From Mustelus asterias (Eukaryota), in contig NC_135830.1 in assembly GCF_964213995.1 (NCBI RefSeq), positions 15,128,001 through 15,192,000 on the forward strand: a stretch of DNA of 64,000 nt, read 5' to 3'. The position numbers and the translations under genes are program-made. The number at the start of each line of letters is the position of its first letter. The stretch's first letter is position 1. Of this stretch, positions 9,700 to 23,292 are shown in pieces. Below the pieces are notes generated by a model. The model saw only the letters and a program-made list of their open reading frames with translations. It had not been told where the DNA came from and made no database searches.

Positions 9700-10737
9700 T
9701 CACTCGTGAACACGCTGGTGTTTCAGCAGGTGAGGTGACTGAGTGAATCCCTTCCCACACACGGAGCAGGTGAATGGCCTGTCCCCAGTGTGAATTCGCT
9801 GGTGCTTTACCAGGTTGGATGATTGACTGAATCTCTTACCACAATCAGAACAGGTGAATGGTGTCTCCCCGGTGTGAACTCGCTGGTGTCTCTGCAGGGT
9901 GGATGAATCAATAAATCCCTTCCCACAACTGGAGCAAGTGAATGGCCTCTCCCCAGTGTGAACTCGCTGGTGTTTCAACAAGATGAATGACTGACTGAAG
10001 CCCTTCCCACACTCAGAGCAGGTGAACGGCCTCTCTCCGGTGTGACCTCGCTGGTGTTTTAGGAGGTTGAATGATTGAGTGAATCTCTTCCCACACTGGG
10101 AGCAGATAAATGGCCTCTCCCCGTTATGAATTCTCTGGTGTTTCAGCAGGTAGGATGAATCAGTGAATCCCTTCCCACAATCAGAGCAGGTGAACGGCCT
10201 CTCTCCAGTGTGAACTCGCTGGTGTTTCAGCAGGATAGAAGAGGTAGGGAATTCCTTCCCACAGTCAGAGCATCTGAATGGTCTCTCTCTCGTGTGAACT
10301 CTCTGGTGTGTCAGCAGGATTGATGAGGTAGCGAATCCCTTCCCACACTCATGACAGTTGAATGGCCTCTCCCCAGTGTGAACCCACCGGTGTTTCAGCA
10401 GATGGGATGAACAAATGAATCCCATCCCACACTTGGAGCAGGTGAACGGTCTCTCCCCAGTGTGAACCCGCCGGTGTGTCAACAAGATGGATGAGGTAGT
10501 GAATCCCTTCCCACACTCAGAGCAGGTGAATGGTCTCTCTCCAGTGTGATTGTGTCGATGAGTTTTCAGTTCAGATGGAAATCTGAATCTCTTCCCACAG
10601 TCTCCACATTTCCATTGTTTCTCCCTGTTGTGACTGCATTTATGTTTCAACAGGCCAGATGATCGGCTGAATGTTCGTCCACACACACAACACGTGTACG
10701 GTTTCTCTCCACTGTTAACCGTGCTTTCCCCTTCCAT
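9700..10737 (-). CDS. Tandem C2H2 zinc-finger protein ZF-1, 12 fingers, no effector domain
   Basis: 12 CxxC-x12-HxxxH repeats with TGERP linkers. ATG at 10737 (the ORF track starts at an upstream TTG). Splice acceptor ttttacag|GATATT near 10848. Confidence 0.9.
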   Translation of the reverse strand: MEGESTVNSGEKPYTCCVCGRTFSRSSGLLKHKCSHNREKQWKCGDCGKRFRFPSELKTHRHNHTGERPFTCSECGKGFTTSSILLTHRRVHTGERPFTCSKCGMGFICSSHLLKHRWVHTGERPFNCHECGKGFATSSILLTHQRVHTRERPFRCSDCGKEFPTSSILLKHQRVHTGERPFTCSDCGKGFTDSSYLLKHQRIHNGERPFICSQCGKRFTQSFNLLKHQRGHTGERPFTCSECGKGFSQSFILLKHQRVHTGERPFTCSSCGKGFIDSSTLQRHQRVHTGETPFTCSDCGKRFSQSSNLVKHQRIHTGDRPFTCSVCGKGFTQSPHLLKHQRVHE

Positions 10738-11084
10738 GTTCAAAACCCAATGATATTCAGATTACACTAATTTAGGCGATAGCGTCAGATCCTGATGCGA
10801 TGTTTGGTTTGAGTTTTCTCCCTTCCACTCCTGCACTTCTAATATCCTGTAAAAAAAAAGTCCAAAGTTAAAAATTGAAGCAAATATTTCTCTTGGTTTG
10901 AGTTTACTGTGTGGAAATCCTCCCCTTCTCACCCTCTGGAAAAGGAGACTCCAAAATCCATCAATGTCAGTCCAGGATAGAAATTCACAACATTTTCTCA
11001 CAGGGACAGTGATAACCGTGCCTGTGTCCTGAGATGACAGCCATTAACCCAAGTCTATCAGTGTTTCTCCTTCACTATTTCATG

Positions 11085-11372
11085 TGATGTGGGTTTTATT
11101 GCCAAAACCAGCATTTATTTCCTGCCCCTGAGGAGGGCAGTTAGAGACTGAATCGCATGTTGACAAGTCTATGGAGAGACAGCAGATTCCCATGAATAAA
11201 CAGGGTGGGTTTTTAAAATTGTTCACAGCTGTAATGGTTACTCAAGTGAAATTATATTCCAGATTTTCCGGCGTTTTGTGAATTCTATTTAAATCCCCCC
11301 CAGCTCCATGATGGGACTTGAACCCTTGTCCCCAGAACATTAGGCTGTGTCACTGATATTACCACCACCTCC
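11085..11372 (-). mobile_element. Second tRNA-derived SINE family (SacSINE1/Deu-like), decayed
   Basis: Minus strand GGTGGTAATATCAGTGAC..TAATGTTCTGGGGACAAGGGTTCAAGTCCCATC. Related copies at ~11770-12075 (+), ~13920-14005 (-) and 16205-16470 (-). Confidence 0.55.
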
Positions 11373-11439
11373 CCGATTGTAGAGGGGCTGCAATTACCCC
11401 CCAGGTCGGTGCAAACTCGGGCCCGGGGGGGGTTTTATT

Positions 11440-11670
11440 CGGGGTTTGAGGCCTCCTCCACTGGCTGTTTCTGAAGCCTCTGCACTCACTTCCCCGCCTC
11501 CCTGCAGCTCCAGCACCCACACTGCGCATGGGCCAGTCCGAATCCGCACAGCGCATGCTCCACTCAGAATCAGGTACTGCGCCCGCGCAAGCGGCTGCTA
11601 TTGTGACAATACGGCACATTCTCTCTCGCTGCGAATGCTGGGTAAGAGGACCGCCATAGGAAGGAGATAA
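11440..11670 (-). promoter_or_regulatory. CpG-rich promoter region, probably of ZF-1
   Basis: Clustered NRF1-like motifs (actgcgcatg, gcgcatgc, tgcgcccgcgca) and a YY1-like ccgccat. Homologous to 19700-20070. Confidence 0.55.
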
Positions 11671-12074
11671 TGTTCAACACAAAATTGTATTTTGTCATCC
11701 AATTACGATCAGAACTACAGGGTTAATATATAAAATTATTAAACCAATTGATACATCTACCAATGTGCATGGTGGGATTGTCACTGGACGAGTATTCCAG
11801 AGACCCAGGGTCCTTTTAAAGTCTTCCCCACTCTGTCGTAGGTTGCAGCAAGATATAGTTGGGTTGGTCACATGGGCAGAACAGTGATAGACTTCGAAAT
11901 ATATCACCATTCCTTCACAGTCGCTGGGACAAAATCCTGGAATTCCCTCCCGAACCGCATTGTAGGTAAACCCACAGCACATGAACTGCAGCGATTCAAG
12001 AAGGTAGCTCACCACCACCTTCTCAAGGGCAACTAGGGATGGCCAGCGAGCAACACCCATGTCCCACAAATTAA

Positions 12075-12870
12075 TAAAAAAAATATGCTATTTAATCTTG
12101 ATAAGTGCAAAGTGATGCACTTTGGAATAAGTAACAAGACAAAGAAATAATTAATGAAAGGAAGGACACGAGGTAAAATCAGAGGAGCAGATGGATCTTG
12201 GGGTACTTATTCACTTAAGGTAGCAGAGCAGCTGAATAGGATAAGAAGGCATATGAGACACTTGCTTTTATCAGTCGTGGCATACAGTATAAGAACAAGG
12301 AGATAATGTTGGAGCTGTACTGAATGTTGGTTAGGCCACAGCTGGAGTACGGTGTGCAGTTCTGGTCACCTCACTCCAGGAAGGATGTGATTGCACTGGA
12401 GGGGGTACAGAGGAGATTCGCCAGGATGTTGCCTGGGATGGAACATTTGAGCTATAAGGAGACTGGATCGGTTTGGAGTGTTTAGAGCAGAGAAGGCTGA
12501 CGGGGACATGACTGGTGAATAAGATTATGAAGGATATGGACCGGGTGAGCAGAGCCCTTGGTTGAGGGGTCAATCATGAGGGGACATAGTTTTAGGGTGC
12601 CTGACAAGAGATTCAGAGGGGAGTTGAGAAAAAAAAATCAGAGGGTGGTGGGAGTCTGGAATAAACTGCCTGGGAAGGTAGTGGAGGCTGGAAACTTAAC
12701 AACCTTTAAAAAGTATTTGGATGAGCACTTGAAATATTATAGCATTCAGGTAAGGATATGGGACAAGTGCTGGAAAATAGGATTAGCATGGGGTTTAGTG
12801 ATAGCTATTGTTGGTGCAGACTCTATGGGTCGAAGGGTGTTTTCTGCACTGTATGACTATGACTGTAACT
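12075..12870 (+). mobile_element. CR1 LINE 3' fragment, decayed
   Basis: LVRPQLEY(G)VQFWSPH..D.IALE.VQRRF motif, plus a 3' UTR ending ctgtatgactatgact. Confidence 0.85.
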
Positions 12871-14567
12871 CTCGCTCAGTCTCCTTCACTCTAACAGTCT
12901 TTGTCTGTGTCTCTATTTCCCTCTTTTGGTCTTTGTTCTATTTGCTCACTGTCTTTGTGCAACTAAATTTCACTGGATTGATTCCTGAGATGAGGCGGTT
13001 GTCCTTGGAGGACATTCAGTGGGATGAGTCTGTCCTCTCTGAAATTCAGAATAATGAGAAGTGATATCATTGAAAAGGGAGGGAAAAGGAAGGATCAGGA
13101 AAGCAGCAAACACTTGATGTTGTTCCAGGAAAAGTGGGGTCTGGTGGTGTGGATGTCAGGTTTTACACAGCACATGGTCAGCCTGTGGATTCACCCAGGA
13201 TGCAGAATCTCTGAATGATTCTATTCAAATCACCCGGAGAGGAACCTTTGAGAGGAAGCACCTAAGAAGAAGCAGCACATAAAGATATCCAAACACAGAG
13301 ATCCAAACACACTCTCTCTCCCTGTCTCTTACACAGACATGGGCAAACATAGAGACATATCCACAACCAAACAGACATCTTCATTCATAGACACACACCC
13401 ACACAGATAATTCCAGCCCTATCATGTGGAGAATACAGCCCATTCTGACTAATACTGGAGATGAAATAACAGTGGCTTCACAAACTACGATGTTTGAGAA
13501 ATTCAAGTAACCATTACCCGTCAGGGGCAGTGAGCAGTTCTGATTACCCATTTCCACTCCTTTCTCTAAACTTGAATCTATATTGAACAACATCTGGGAC
13601 AGCAGCAGTGACAAATCACTAACACTGAGCTGCCTCTTGTCAGCCTGGGTGAAGAGCCCTGCTGGGGGATAGTGTAAATTACAGAACAACATCCCTGGGT
13701 AATCAGTGTCTCTGGGCTCTGGAATTACAGAAGATGCTAATTCCCCTCACATTGATGGTCCAGTTAATGAAGAGAATTCTAAGACAGGTTTCAAGCATAA
13801 AGAATATAATGTTGTTTCGACTCTGTTATCCTGGCCTCATTCATTACTGCTCCAATGTCCTGGGAAATGTGCTGCACCACATCCAGCAGGTACCACAGAC
13901 ACTGTTCATCTTTTTCAAAATGTGGATTCGAATCCGGGTCCCCAGAACATTAGCTGGGTTTCTGGATTAATAGTCTATCGATAATACCATTAGGCATCGC
14001 CTCCCCCAAATTTGTTCCCTTTAGAACAAAGAAGCTGAAATGGAGATTTCATGGAGCTGTTCAAGATGATCGGGGTGGGGACGGGTGGTTTGATAGAGCA
14101 GATCGGGAGAAACTGTTCCACTGATGCGGGTCAGTAACCAGAGGACTGGGATTGAAGATAATTAAAGAAAGACAGACTGGCAGTAATATCGCACATTTCC
14201 CAACCAGCAGGAATCACAATGGGATCATTGTTATAATGAAGGCTGAATGGCCGAATGCTGCTCCTACGGCTTATGGTCTATTCCTTAGTTCCCTCGAAAC
14301 GGGGATAATCCCAGCCTCCCAAATGAAGATGCAGTCATTCAAAAATTAAAACAAAGTTGATTTTTTTTATTTTGAACCCAGAATACTAATATCTAAATCT
14401 GCACTGGATATTGTTAACATCAGACCCCAATAAATATAGTTCAGTTCTGGATGTGATTAACAGCAAACTCCAATCTGGCTGGTGTGTCAGCACGTTGGAT
14501 GACTGATTGAATCCTTTCCCACACTTGAAGCAGATGAATGGTTTCTCCCCAGTGTGAACTCGCTGGT

Positions 14568-15413
14568 TTACAGTGAGAGGAGATGATTGTCTGAACTCAG
14601 TCCCACAGTGAAAGCATCCGAACGGACTCGAGTGTGAACCCGTTGATGGGTCATCAAGTTCCCAAAACTTTTAAAGCACTTTCCACAGTCTGGGCATTTA
14701 AAAGGTCTCTCGTCAGTGTGAATCCGTTGATGGCAGATCAGGTTCGAAGAGTTAGCGAATTTCTTCCCACATTTGGAGCAGGTGAACGGGTTATCCTCAG
14801 TGTGAATCCGCTGGTGTGTCAACAGTTCTGTTGATGTAATGAATGCCTTCTCACACTCAGAGCAGGTGAATGGTCTCTCTCCAGAGTGAATTCGCTGGTG
14901 AATCAGAAGGTGAAACGACCGGCTGAATTTCTTCCCACACTCGGAGCAGGTGAATGGTCTCTCCCCAGTGTGAACTCGCTGGTGTGTCACCAGGTGGGTT
15001 GACTGAGTGAATCCCATTTTGCACTCGGAGCAGGTGAATGGTCTCTCCCCAGTGTGAACTCGCTGGTGTGACACCAGGTGGGCTGACTGAGTGAATCCCA
15101 CCTTGCACACAGAGCAGGTGAATGGTCTCTCCCCAGTGTGAATTCGCTGGTGTCTCACCAGGTGGGACAACTGAGTGAATCCCTTCCCACACTCGGAGCA
15201 GGTGAACGGTCTCTCCCCAGTGTGACACCGTCGATGAATTTCCAGCTCTGATGGGGAACTGAATCCCTTGCCACAATACTCACATTTCCACAATTTCTCT
15301 CCGTTGTGACTGCATTTATGTTTTGACAGGCCAGATAAACGGCTGAATCCTCGTCCACACACGGAACACGTGTACAGTTTCTCCCCACTGTGAGCGGTGC
15401 TTTTTCCTTCCAT
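14568..15413 (-). CDS. Tandem C2H2 zinc-finger protein ZF-2, 9 in-frame fingers, 3' frameshift
   Basis: 9 fingers from the ATG at 15413. Two more degenerate fingers lie out of frame at ~14475-14630. Confidence 0.82.
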   Translation of the reverse strand: MEGKSTAHSGEKLYTCSVCGRGFSRLSGLSKHKCSHNGEKLWKCEYCGKGFSSPSELEIHRRCHTGERPFTCSECGKGFTQLSHLVRHQRIHTGERPFTCSVCKVGFTQSAHLVSHQRVHTGERPFTCSECKMGFTQSTHLVTHQRVHTGERPFTCSECGKKFSRSFHLLIHQRIHSGERPFTCSECEKAFITSTELLTHQRIHTEDNPFTCSKCGKKFANSSNLICHQRIHTDERPFKCPDCGKCFKSFGNLMTHQRVHTRVRSDAFTVGLSSDNHLLSL

Positions 15414-16204
15414 GTTCAAAATCCAATGATACGCATATTACGATAAATTGGGCGACTCTGTCTGATCCTGATGTGATGTTTGGTTTCAGTTTTCCGACTG
15501 CAAATCCTCACCTTTGAATATGCTGTGAAATTGATTTAAAAAAGAAAAAAAGAGAGTGAGAGAGAACCCACAAAAACACAAAGGCAGGTTGTGAAATTGA
15601 GCTGAATGAATCTGGTAATTTGTGGGGCCGGCACTGGGAAAAAGAGACCAAGAAAACTGATGGATTGTCACAAAAACCCAACTGGTTCACTAATGTCCTT
15701 CAGGGAAGGGAACCTTTGAGCCAGTCTGAACCTATACAAGACCAGAGCTTCAATGTGAAGAGGCAGCGGATGGGCGGGATTAAGAGATGTGGGAGGAGAA
15801 GAGGTGAAGGAGTGGATACATCTACAACCAGACAGAAACTCCCAAACCCTTAACCTCCACCATTTAGAAAGACCAGGTTCACAGGTGAATGTGAACATCA
15901 TCACCTCAAAGTCACACAGCATCGCGACTGGACTGAGATCCTGTCCTGGATTAGGAGAAGTTTCCTCCATTTAAAGAGTGAGAAACATGAAACAATTGTC
16001 TTCAGTCCACGCTACAAACTCCACCCCGTGGACACTGACACCATCCCACTCTGATGCTGAAGCAGGCTGTTTACAACCAGGTTCAAATATTTATTTTCTA
16101 AGTCTGACTTTGCAGGGTCGACAAGGCTGTTTCCCGTGCCAAGGCCTATGCCTGGTCTGCCCATTTCCATACCTTTTTAGTAACTTTGTACCAGTTGGGT
16201 ATAA

Positions 16205-16470
16205 CTGAGTGGCTTGCTGTGTCATATCAGAGGGAATTTAAGATTCAACCACATTGCAGATCTGGAGATACATGTAGGCCAGACCAGGTGAAGATGGCAG
16301 ATTTGTTTTTCCCTAAACAGCACTAGTGAACCCAATGGGCTTTAATGATAATCAATAATGGTTTTTTGCTCATCATTAGCTTTTCAAATTTAAACTTTTA
16401 TTAAATGTAAATTCCACCACCTGCCGTGGCAGGATTTGAACCTCGGTTCCCAGAACATTACCCTGGGTCT
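16205..16470 (-). mobile_element. SacSINE1/Deu-like SINE, decayed
   Basis: Minus strand GAGACCCAGGGTAATGTTCTGGGAACCGAGGTTCAAATCCTGCCACGGCAGGTGGTGGAATTT. Confidence 0.55.
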
Positions 16471-16804
16471 CACCCCCTCGATGCCCTTCCAACCACACAC
16501 CTGTCCCATCTCCAAGAATGGGTTTCCATCGGTGAGGGGGCTGGGACCTCACACTGCATACTTCTTTGAAAACATGTATTGATATCCTCATAGCTATTTC
16601 TAAAATTATTAAAATGGGAGAAATAGCTGAATCTGTGAGTGTCTCTGACCCCTGAACAAATGGAGCAATCTGGGAGACACAAAGAAACTCACACCTCATT
16701 CTCCCAAAAGCGACATTTTGATTCTGGATCATGTGAAACACAATTGTTCTCTGTGATCTCTGCACTGTAAATCTTTCCTTTCTCTGTCCATCTTCTATGT
16801 ATGA

Positions 16805-18366
16805 ATGCATCCATCATTATGAAGTGCTTCGAAAGGTTAGTCATGGCACAAATCAGTCCGGCCTCCCAGACTGCCTGGATCCACTACAGTTCACTACTGC
16901 CACAACAGGTCCACAGCAGACACCACCTCCCTGGCCCTGCACTCAACCTTGGAACCACCTGGATAACAAAGCACCTATTTCAGACTCCTATGTATTGATT
17001 ACAGCTCAGCCTTCAACACCATTATTCCTACGAAACACATCTCCAAATTCCGTGGCCTGGGGCTTAGCTCCTCTCTCTACGACTGGATCCAAGACTTCCG
17101 AACACACAGACTGCAATCAGTAAGAATAAGCAACAACACCTCCTCCACAATCATCCTCAACACTGGTGCCCAACAAGGCTGTGTCCTCAGCCCGTTACTA
17201 TACTCCTTATACACCTATGACTGTGTGGCCAAATTCCCCCGCAACTTGATTTTCATGTTTGCTGATGACACCACCGCAGTGAGTCATTTCTCAAACAATG
17301 ATGAGACAGAGACAGGAATGAGACAGAGAATCTGGTGAACTGGTGACAATAATCTCTCCCTCAATGTCAACAAAATGAAGGAGATAGTCATCGACTTCAG
17401 GAATCGTAAAGGAGAACATGCCCCTGTCTACATCAACAGGGATGAAGTGGAAATGGTCGAGAGCTGAGTTTCTAGGTGACCAGATACCAACAAACTGTCC
17501 TGGTCCCTCCATGCCAATGCTACAATTACGAAAGCCCACCAATGTCTCTGCTTTCTCAGGAAGCTAAGGAAATTTGGCATGTCCGTTATGACTTTCAACA
17601 ACCTTTATAGATACACCATAGAAAGCATTCTTTCTGGTTGTATCACAGCTTGGCGTGGTTCCTGCTCTGTCCAAGAACGCAAGAAACTACAATGGGTCAT
17701 GACCGAAGCCTAGTCCATCACGCAAACCAGCCTCCCAACCATTGACTCTGTCTACACTTACCGCAACCTCAGAAAAGCAGCCAGTATAATCAATGACCCC
17801 ACACACCCCGGACATTCTCTCTTCCAACTTCTTCCATCGGGAAAAAGATACAAAAGTCTGAGGTCCCGTACCAATCGACTCAATAACAGCTTCTTCCCTG
17901 CTGCTGTCAGACTTTTGAATGGACTTACCTTACATTAAGTTGATCTTTCTCTACACCCTAGCTATGACTGTAACACAACATTCTGCACTCTCTCCTTTCT
18001 TCCTCTATCTATGGTATGCAAGAAACAATACTTTTCACTTCATACTAATACATGGTGGCACAGTGGTTAGCACTGCTGCCTCACAGCACTGGGGACCCAG
18101 ATTCGATTCCCGGCTTGGCTCACTGTCTGTGTGGAGTTTGCATATTCTCCCTGTGTCTGCATGGGTTTCTTCCGGAAGCTCTGGTTTCCTCCCACAGTCC
18201 AAAGATGTGCAGGTGAGGTTAATTGGCCGTGCTAAAATTCTCCCTCTGAACAGGTGCCAGAGTGTGGCGACGAGGGGATTTTTACAGGACCTTCATCGCA
18301 GTCTGAATGTAAGCCTACTTGTGACTAATAAATAAACTTTGTGTGACAATAATAAATCAAATCAAA
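16805..18366 (+). mobile_element. Rex1/Babar-clade LINE, 5'-truncated, with a SINE inserted in its 3' UTR
   Basis: IMKCFERLVMAQI..LDPLQF; [27 protein letters not shown]; 3' tail aataaatcaaatcaaat. Confidence 0.85.
18052..18340 (+). mobile_element. HE1/V-SINE
   Basis: tRNA-like head plus the V-domain GTCTGTGTGGAGTTTGCA..TTTCCTCCCACAGTCCAAAGATGTGCAGG. Confidence 0.9.
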
Positions 18367-19044
18367 TGGTGCAACATTGAGTTACCACATTTGGAGTGTC
18401 TGTGAGTAAACTAAAGTTAATTCTCACTTAGAGTCATAGAGGTTTACAGCATGGAAACAGGCCCTTCGGCCCAACTTGTCCATGCCACCCCTTTTTTTAA
18501 ACCCCTAAGCTAGTCCCAATTGCCCGCATTTGGCCCATATCCCTCTATAGCCATCGTACCCATTTCCTTCCCTAAAGGACATTAGTGAACATACATACGG
18601 ATGTATGAATTACGAGCAGGAGTAAGCCTTGAAGTATTGGGTCGTATGCCACTGCTTATAAAGGACGAATCAAATCAAAAACATCTTTCTGGTCACAGAC
18701 AGATGTGAGATGAGAAATCAATGTGGAATAAGTTACCTTCCGCCCCTCCTGTAGATAACATATCCCCCTAACATGGCTCACCCTGGCCCTGTCTTAGTGT
18801 TGTTTCTGAAAATTTCATGCATTCCCTCCTGACTTGACTGGACAGCCTCATCTATTCATTACCAACTTGAGTTTCGCTAAATCCCTGTCTCAGCTGAGGT
18901 TTCTAGAACTTTCATTCATTCCTTTATTTTCTTTAGACTTGACTGTCAGTGTCCCTCATTTAACCCATGAAAAACGTTGTTGTATATAAACCCCTGTCCT
19001 CTGCATCAAGTCCCACACACTCACCCATCACCATGTCCTCACCA

Positions 19045-19285
19045 TGGGGCTGCAGTGGTTAGCACTGCTGCCTCACAGTGGGTTCAATTCATGGCTTGGG
19101 TGACTGTGTGTGTGGAGTCTGCACATTCTTCCCATGTCTGCATGGGTTTCCTCCCACAGTCAGGAAGGCTTGCTGGTTAGGTGCATTGACCCGAACAAGT
19201 GCCGGAGTGTGACAACTAGAGGAATTTTACAGGAACTTGCAGTGTTAATATAGGCTAAGCCTACTTGTGACACTAATAAATAAAG
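19045..19285 (+). mobile_element. HE1/V-SINE, decayed
   Basis: Same head and V-domain, with deletions. Confidence 0.8.
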
Positions 19286-19399
19286 TTTAAAACACTGACC
19301 CACACAGGCTCCCAGTTAAACAACTCAATTTAAAACATTGCATCTTTTTTTGCAAATCCTTCCATGACATTATTGTTCCGTATTTCCAGTCACACAGAT

Positions 19400-20150
19400 G
19401 TTTGAATCCTTTTCTACAGACACACTTACAATCAGGTTCTGATGAATGGAGTGACTCTGGCAGGTTTTGATCTGATGTCTGGTTTGAGTTTCCCTTCAAA
19501 TTTTGTCGTCAAATTTCCTGTAAAAAAAGATCATCACTGTCAGTCAAGAATAGAAATTAAGTGAGAAACATTTCTCTTGGGTTGAGTTTTCTGTGTGTAA
19601 ATCCTCCCCTTCTAACTCCCTGTAAAAGGAGTTTCCAAAGTCCATCCCTGTCAGTCCAGGAGAGAAATTCACAACATTCTCTCCTCCTGCTGACAGGGAG
19701 CAGCGCGCATGCGCGCTATTGCCCATCGCTCCGAGAAAGATGGTCTCCGTCAACTCGGGGCCTCCAACTCGGCATCTGCGGTCGCGGCCCCGAATGGTTG
19801 GAACGCGGCACTGAGCAGTTATTATTCGGGTTCTCCTGTCTCCACTGGGTGCTTATGAAGCCCCACCCACCCCACCGCCTGCATTACCCTCCAGAATAAG
19901 CCGTTTCCCTGGAAACCCGGAGCCGATATAACCGCCCTGCTGCTACTGCGGCAGCAACATCCACTGCGCATGCACTTTGGATCTACAATGCGCGTGCGCA
20001 AAGTCTGTTGTAAGGATAGATCATATTCTGATTCACTGTGAATGCTGGGTAAGATAGCCACCATTGAAGTATGTTATTGCATATTAAAAAATTATGTTTT
20101 GTGATTCAATTACAACTGAAGCCAAAGCACCAAGGTATAAAATGCAAATA
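19400..20150 (-). promoter_or_regulatory. ZF-type 5' module: CpG promoter with NRF1-like sites plus splice-acceptor/5'UTR block
   Basis: gcgcgcatgcgc (19703), actgcgcatgca (19963), tgcgcgtgcgca (19989). 19480-19685 is homologous to 10800-11000. Confidence 0.55.
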
Positions 20151-20294
20151 ACTAATACAGCAGCTAATGTCAACAGGCACCACAGCTCTGTCCTGAGTTT
20201 AATTAATAGCGGAACAAACGTCTACATCTGAAGATGAACTCCTTGGAGTGTCAGCTGGTGTAACAAACTGATTGATTTACCATCCACCCCCTCT

Positions 20295-20336
<42 letters not shown>
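20295..20336. repeat. (CA)n microsatellite
   Basis: About 21 CA units. Confidence 0.95.
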
Positions 20337-20339
<3 letters not shown>

Positions 20340-21061
20340 CTTGAAAATAAGAATGAACTCATGGTTGATCAAATCCTTTGAACTTTTAAATATGTTAACA
20401 GAAGGGGAAAATGAATAAATCCATTTACACACACAACATACCTGAATGGTCTCTTTCTGGTGTGGCTGTGCTGCTGTAAATAGGATAACTGACCACTTAC
20501 ATTCCAGAACTGACTGGGTCAGCACTGCCCTATTTCCAAGACCAACATTGAGGGGCAGCTGTTTCACAGCGCCTGGGACCCGGGTTCAATTCCCAGCTTG
20601 GGTCACTATCTGTGTGGAGTTTGCACGTTCTCCCTGTGTCTATGTGTGTTTCCTCTGGGTGCATTCACCATTGTTCTTCCTGACTCTAAACACAGTTGTG
20701 AAGGAGCTTCTGTTCCGTGTCTAGGAGCTCTGAACCATGGAAAAGAACGACTGGGACACATTTCTTACACTCCTCAAGATTCACCCACACGGGGACTTTG
20801 TTGTCAGTGAAAAGTGACGAAAAAGAACAAAGTGCTGTTTGTCCCTCTCAGCGTGACCCTGAAGGACTGGGTCAAGAATGAAGTTCTGTTCCTACTGTAT
20901 GATCCTCCCTCAGATTTCCCTTTCTGAGCTCCAGCCTGGTGACGTTAAACACTCAAATGGAAAAGACAAAAATTGACAACAATGATTCAATCAAATGTCT
21001 ATTTCACATTTATTCAGAATATCAAACCTCAACAGAAGAAAAAAGTCAGAGTGAACATGAT

Positions 21062-21874
21062 TCAGACCTGGATATGATTAACAGCATCAATAAGTGTAGA
21101 ATCCAAACCTTGCAGTCGTTTGTGAACTCGCCGGTGTGTTAGCAGGTGGGATGACTGAATAAATCCCTTTCCACAGACGTTACAGGTGAATGGCCTCTCC
21201 CCAGTGTGAACTCGCTGGTGATTCAATAGATTGGATGAACGAGTGAATCCCTTCCCACACACGGAGCAAGTGAATGGCCTCTCCTCACTGTGAACCTGCT
21301 GGTGTGTCAGAAGGTTGTATGAACGGGTGAATTTCTTCCCACATCCAGAGCAGGTGAACGGTCTATCCCCTGTATGGAGCTGCTGGTGTATCAGAAGATT
21401 GGATGAATTAATGAATCCCTTCCCACAGTCTGAGCAGGTGAAGGGCCTCTCCCCAGTGTGAATTCTCTGGTGGTTCAGTAGGCCAGATGGGCGGCTGAAT
21501 CCCTTCCCACACACACAGCAGGTGAATGGCCTCTCCCCAGTGTGAGTATATTGGTGCGTCAGCAGATCTTTTTTGCATTTAAAACTCTTCTCACAGTCAG
21601 AACATGGAGACAGTCTCTCATCAGTGTGAACAACTTGGTGTGTCACAATGTGGGATGAGCGAGTGAATCCTTTCCCACAGACAGGGCAGGTGAACGGCCT
21701 CTCCCCAGTGTGAACCCGTTGGTGAGTCAGAAGGTTGTATGAATGGGTGAACCCCTTCCCACAAACAGAGCAGGTGAACGGTCTCTCTCCAGTGTGACTG
21801 CGCCGATGAACTTCCAGTTGTGATGGGAAACTGATTCCTTTCCCGCACTCCACACATTTCCACGGTTTCTCCAT
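21062..21874 (-). CDS. Tandem C2H2 zinc-finger protein ZF-3 (A-type), 9 fingers
   Basis: MEKPWKC start in a CACCATGG context, 9 fingers, C-terminal tail [17 protein letters not shown]. Confidence 0.9.
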   Translation of the reverse strand: MEKPWKCVECGKGISFPSQLEVHRRSHTGERPFTCSVCGKGFTHSYNLLTHQRVHTGERPFTCPVCGKGFTRSSHIVTHQVVHTDERLSPCSDCEKSFKCKKDLLTHQYTHTGERPFTCCVCGKGFSRPSGLLNHQRIHTGERPFTCSDCGKGFINSSNLLIHQQLHTGDRPFTCSGCGKKFTRSYNLLTHQQVHSEERPFTCSVCGKGFTRSSNLLNHQRVHTGERPFTCNVCGKGFIQSSHLLTHRRVHKRLQGLDSTLIDAVNHIQV

Positions 21875-22859
21875 GGTGCTGGTGCCCTTGTGTTTCTCCA
21901 GGTTGGATGATCAGTTCAAGCCTCATCCACACACACAACACACACGTAGTTTCACCCTGCTGTGAACTGTGATGTTTTTTCAGGCTGTGTAACTGGTTAA
22001 AGATCTATCCACATGCAGTTCACTGGAACACTCTCACTCGGGTGTGTGTTTGTCTCGATGCTTTTCCAGTCACAGTGATGTTTAATTTCTTTGCCCACAG
22101 GCAGAACAGACAAATATTTCTCTTTCCAAATTCAAAGACCGATGATATTCAGCTCTGAAGGAACTGAATGACTTTGCCAGTTATGATGTTCGGTTTGAGT
22201 TTTCTGTCTGCCATTCTTTCACTTCCAATATCCTGTAAAAACAGTTCAGAAAAGTCATCACTGTCAGAACAGGATAGAAACTCTGAACAGACAATTCTAG
22301 TTCGTCAGGAACATTTTTTCCTCTCTTGTTCCCCCAAATCTGTAAATCCCCGTCCCACCCACTCTCTCTCCCTCCTCCCTGGGCTGAAATCCAAACCCAT
22401 CTCACCATCTCTTTCCTCCACTCCCAGTTTTCTCCCTCCCTCTCCTCTGTCTGGGTTCAGTTCTCCAGCTCCTGTCTGCAGACTGACAATAAAACCAATG
22501 GGTCTTACTGGGGGTGTTGGGGCCTCCAGCGGGTGTTTGTGAATCCTCCCCGCCCACCTCCCAGGGTTTCCTTCCTTCCCAGAGATCAGAGTCCTCATTG
22601 ATTTGAGGCCAAAGTGTAACCTCTTATTTATTGTCCCCCTCCCCCATCCTCTGATGTGAACCATCCTCCAGTGGCTGAGCCAGGATGGGGCCGTTAACCT
22701 GGGCCTGTTCCCGGGAGGGAGGGAGGGAGAAGCCCCGCAGCTGCAAACCAGGGAGCTGACAATGATTCTGAAGGGTTTGCGGATCCACAAAGTGTTTCCA
22801 AATCCTCCCAGCCACCGCCTAACGCTGACTCCGCTTCTCCGGGACAAACAAGCGCCAAG

Positions 22860-23290
22860 GACAGCAATGACACTGCGCATGCTCCACATCACAATGCCCG
22901 GGGACTGATTGACGGCAGCTCGGACCAATAGGAAGAGGGGGCGGGGCTGGAGGACCGAGCGGGAGCGGCTGGTCCTCCAACCAATCGGAGTGAATGGGGG
23001 GCGCGACCTGAAGCATGCGCAGTGCCGGTAATGGCGACGGATGGATGGTTTTGACTCGGAACCGAGATCAATACGAGGTAGAGGGCGGCGTGCGGGGAAT
23101 GATAAATGTGGCGGGTGGGTGGAGAGACTTTGTAAACATGTTGTTCAAACCCAAACCCCGGAAATGAACTTCACGGTTCCCCCCCTTTGTACCAAATGGA
23201 GCGGCAGCTTGTAGTGTTAGACCCGGGCTGACTGCCGCCATTGAGGCTGCATGTGGGAGGCCGGCAGGGATTGTGACCGGAGAGTGAAGC
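22860..23290. promoter_or_regulatory. CpG-island promoter (NRF1-like, CCAAT, GC-box and ETS sites), likely bidirectional
   Basis: actgcgcatgc, two ccaat, ggggcgggg, gcatgcgcagt and ccggaaatgaacttc, lying between divergent ZF-3 and ZF-4. Confidence 0.65.
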
Positions 23291-23292
23291 CC

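Noticed and set aside
22305-22928. ~200-240-aa ORF conserved in three copies (also 31354-31950 and 51499-52212)
   Set aside because: It spans the promoter, exon 1 and intron of recent duplicates. Identity reflects recency, the starts are non-ATG and the ends differ.
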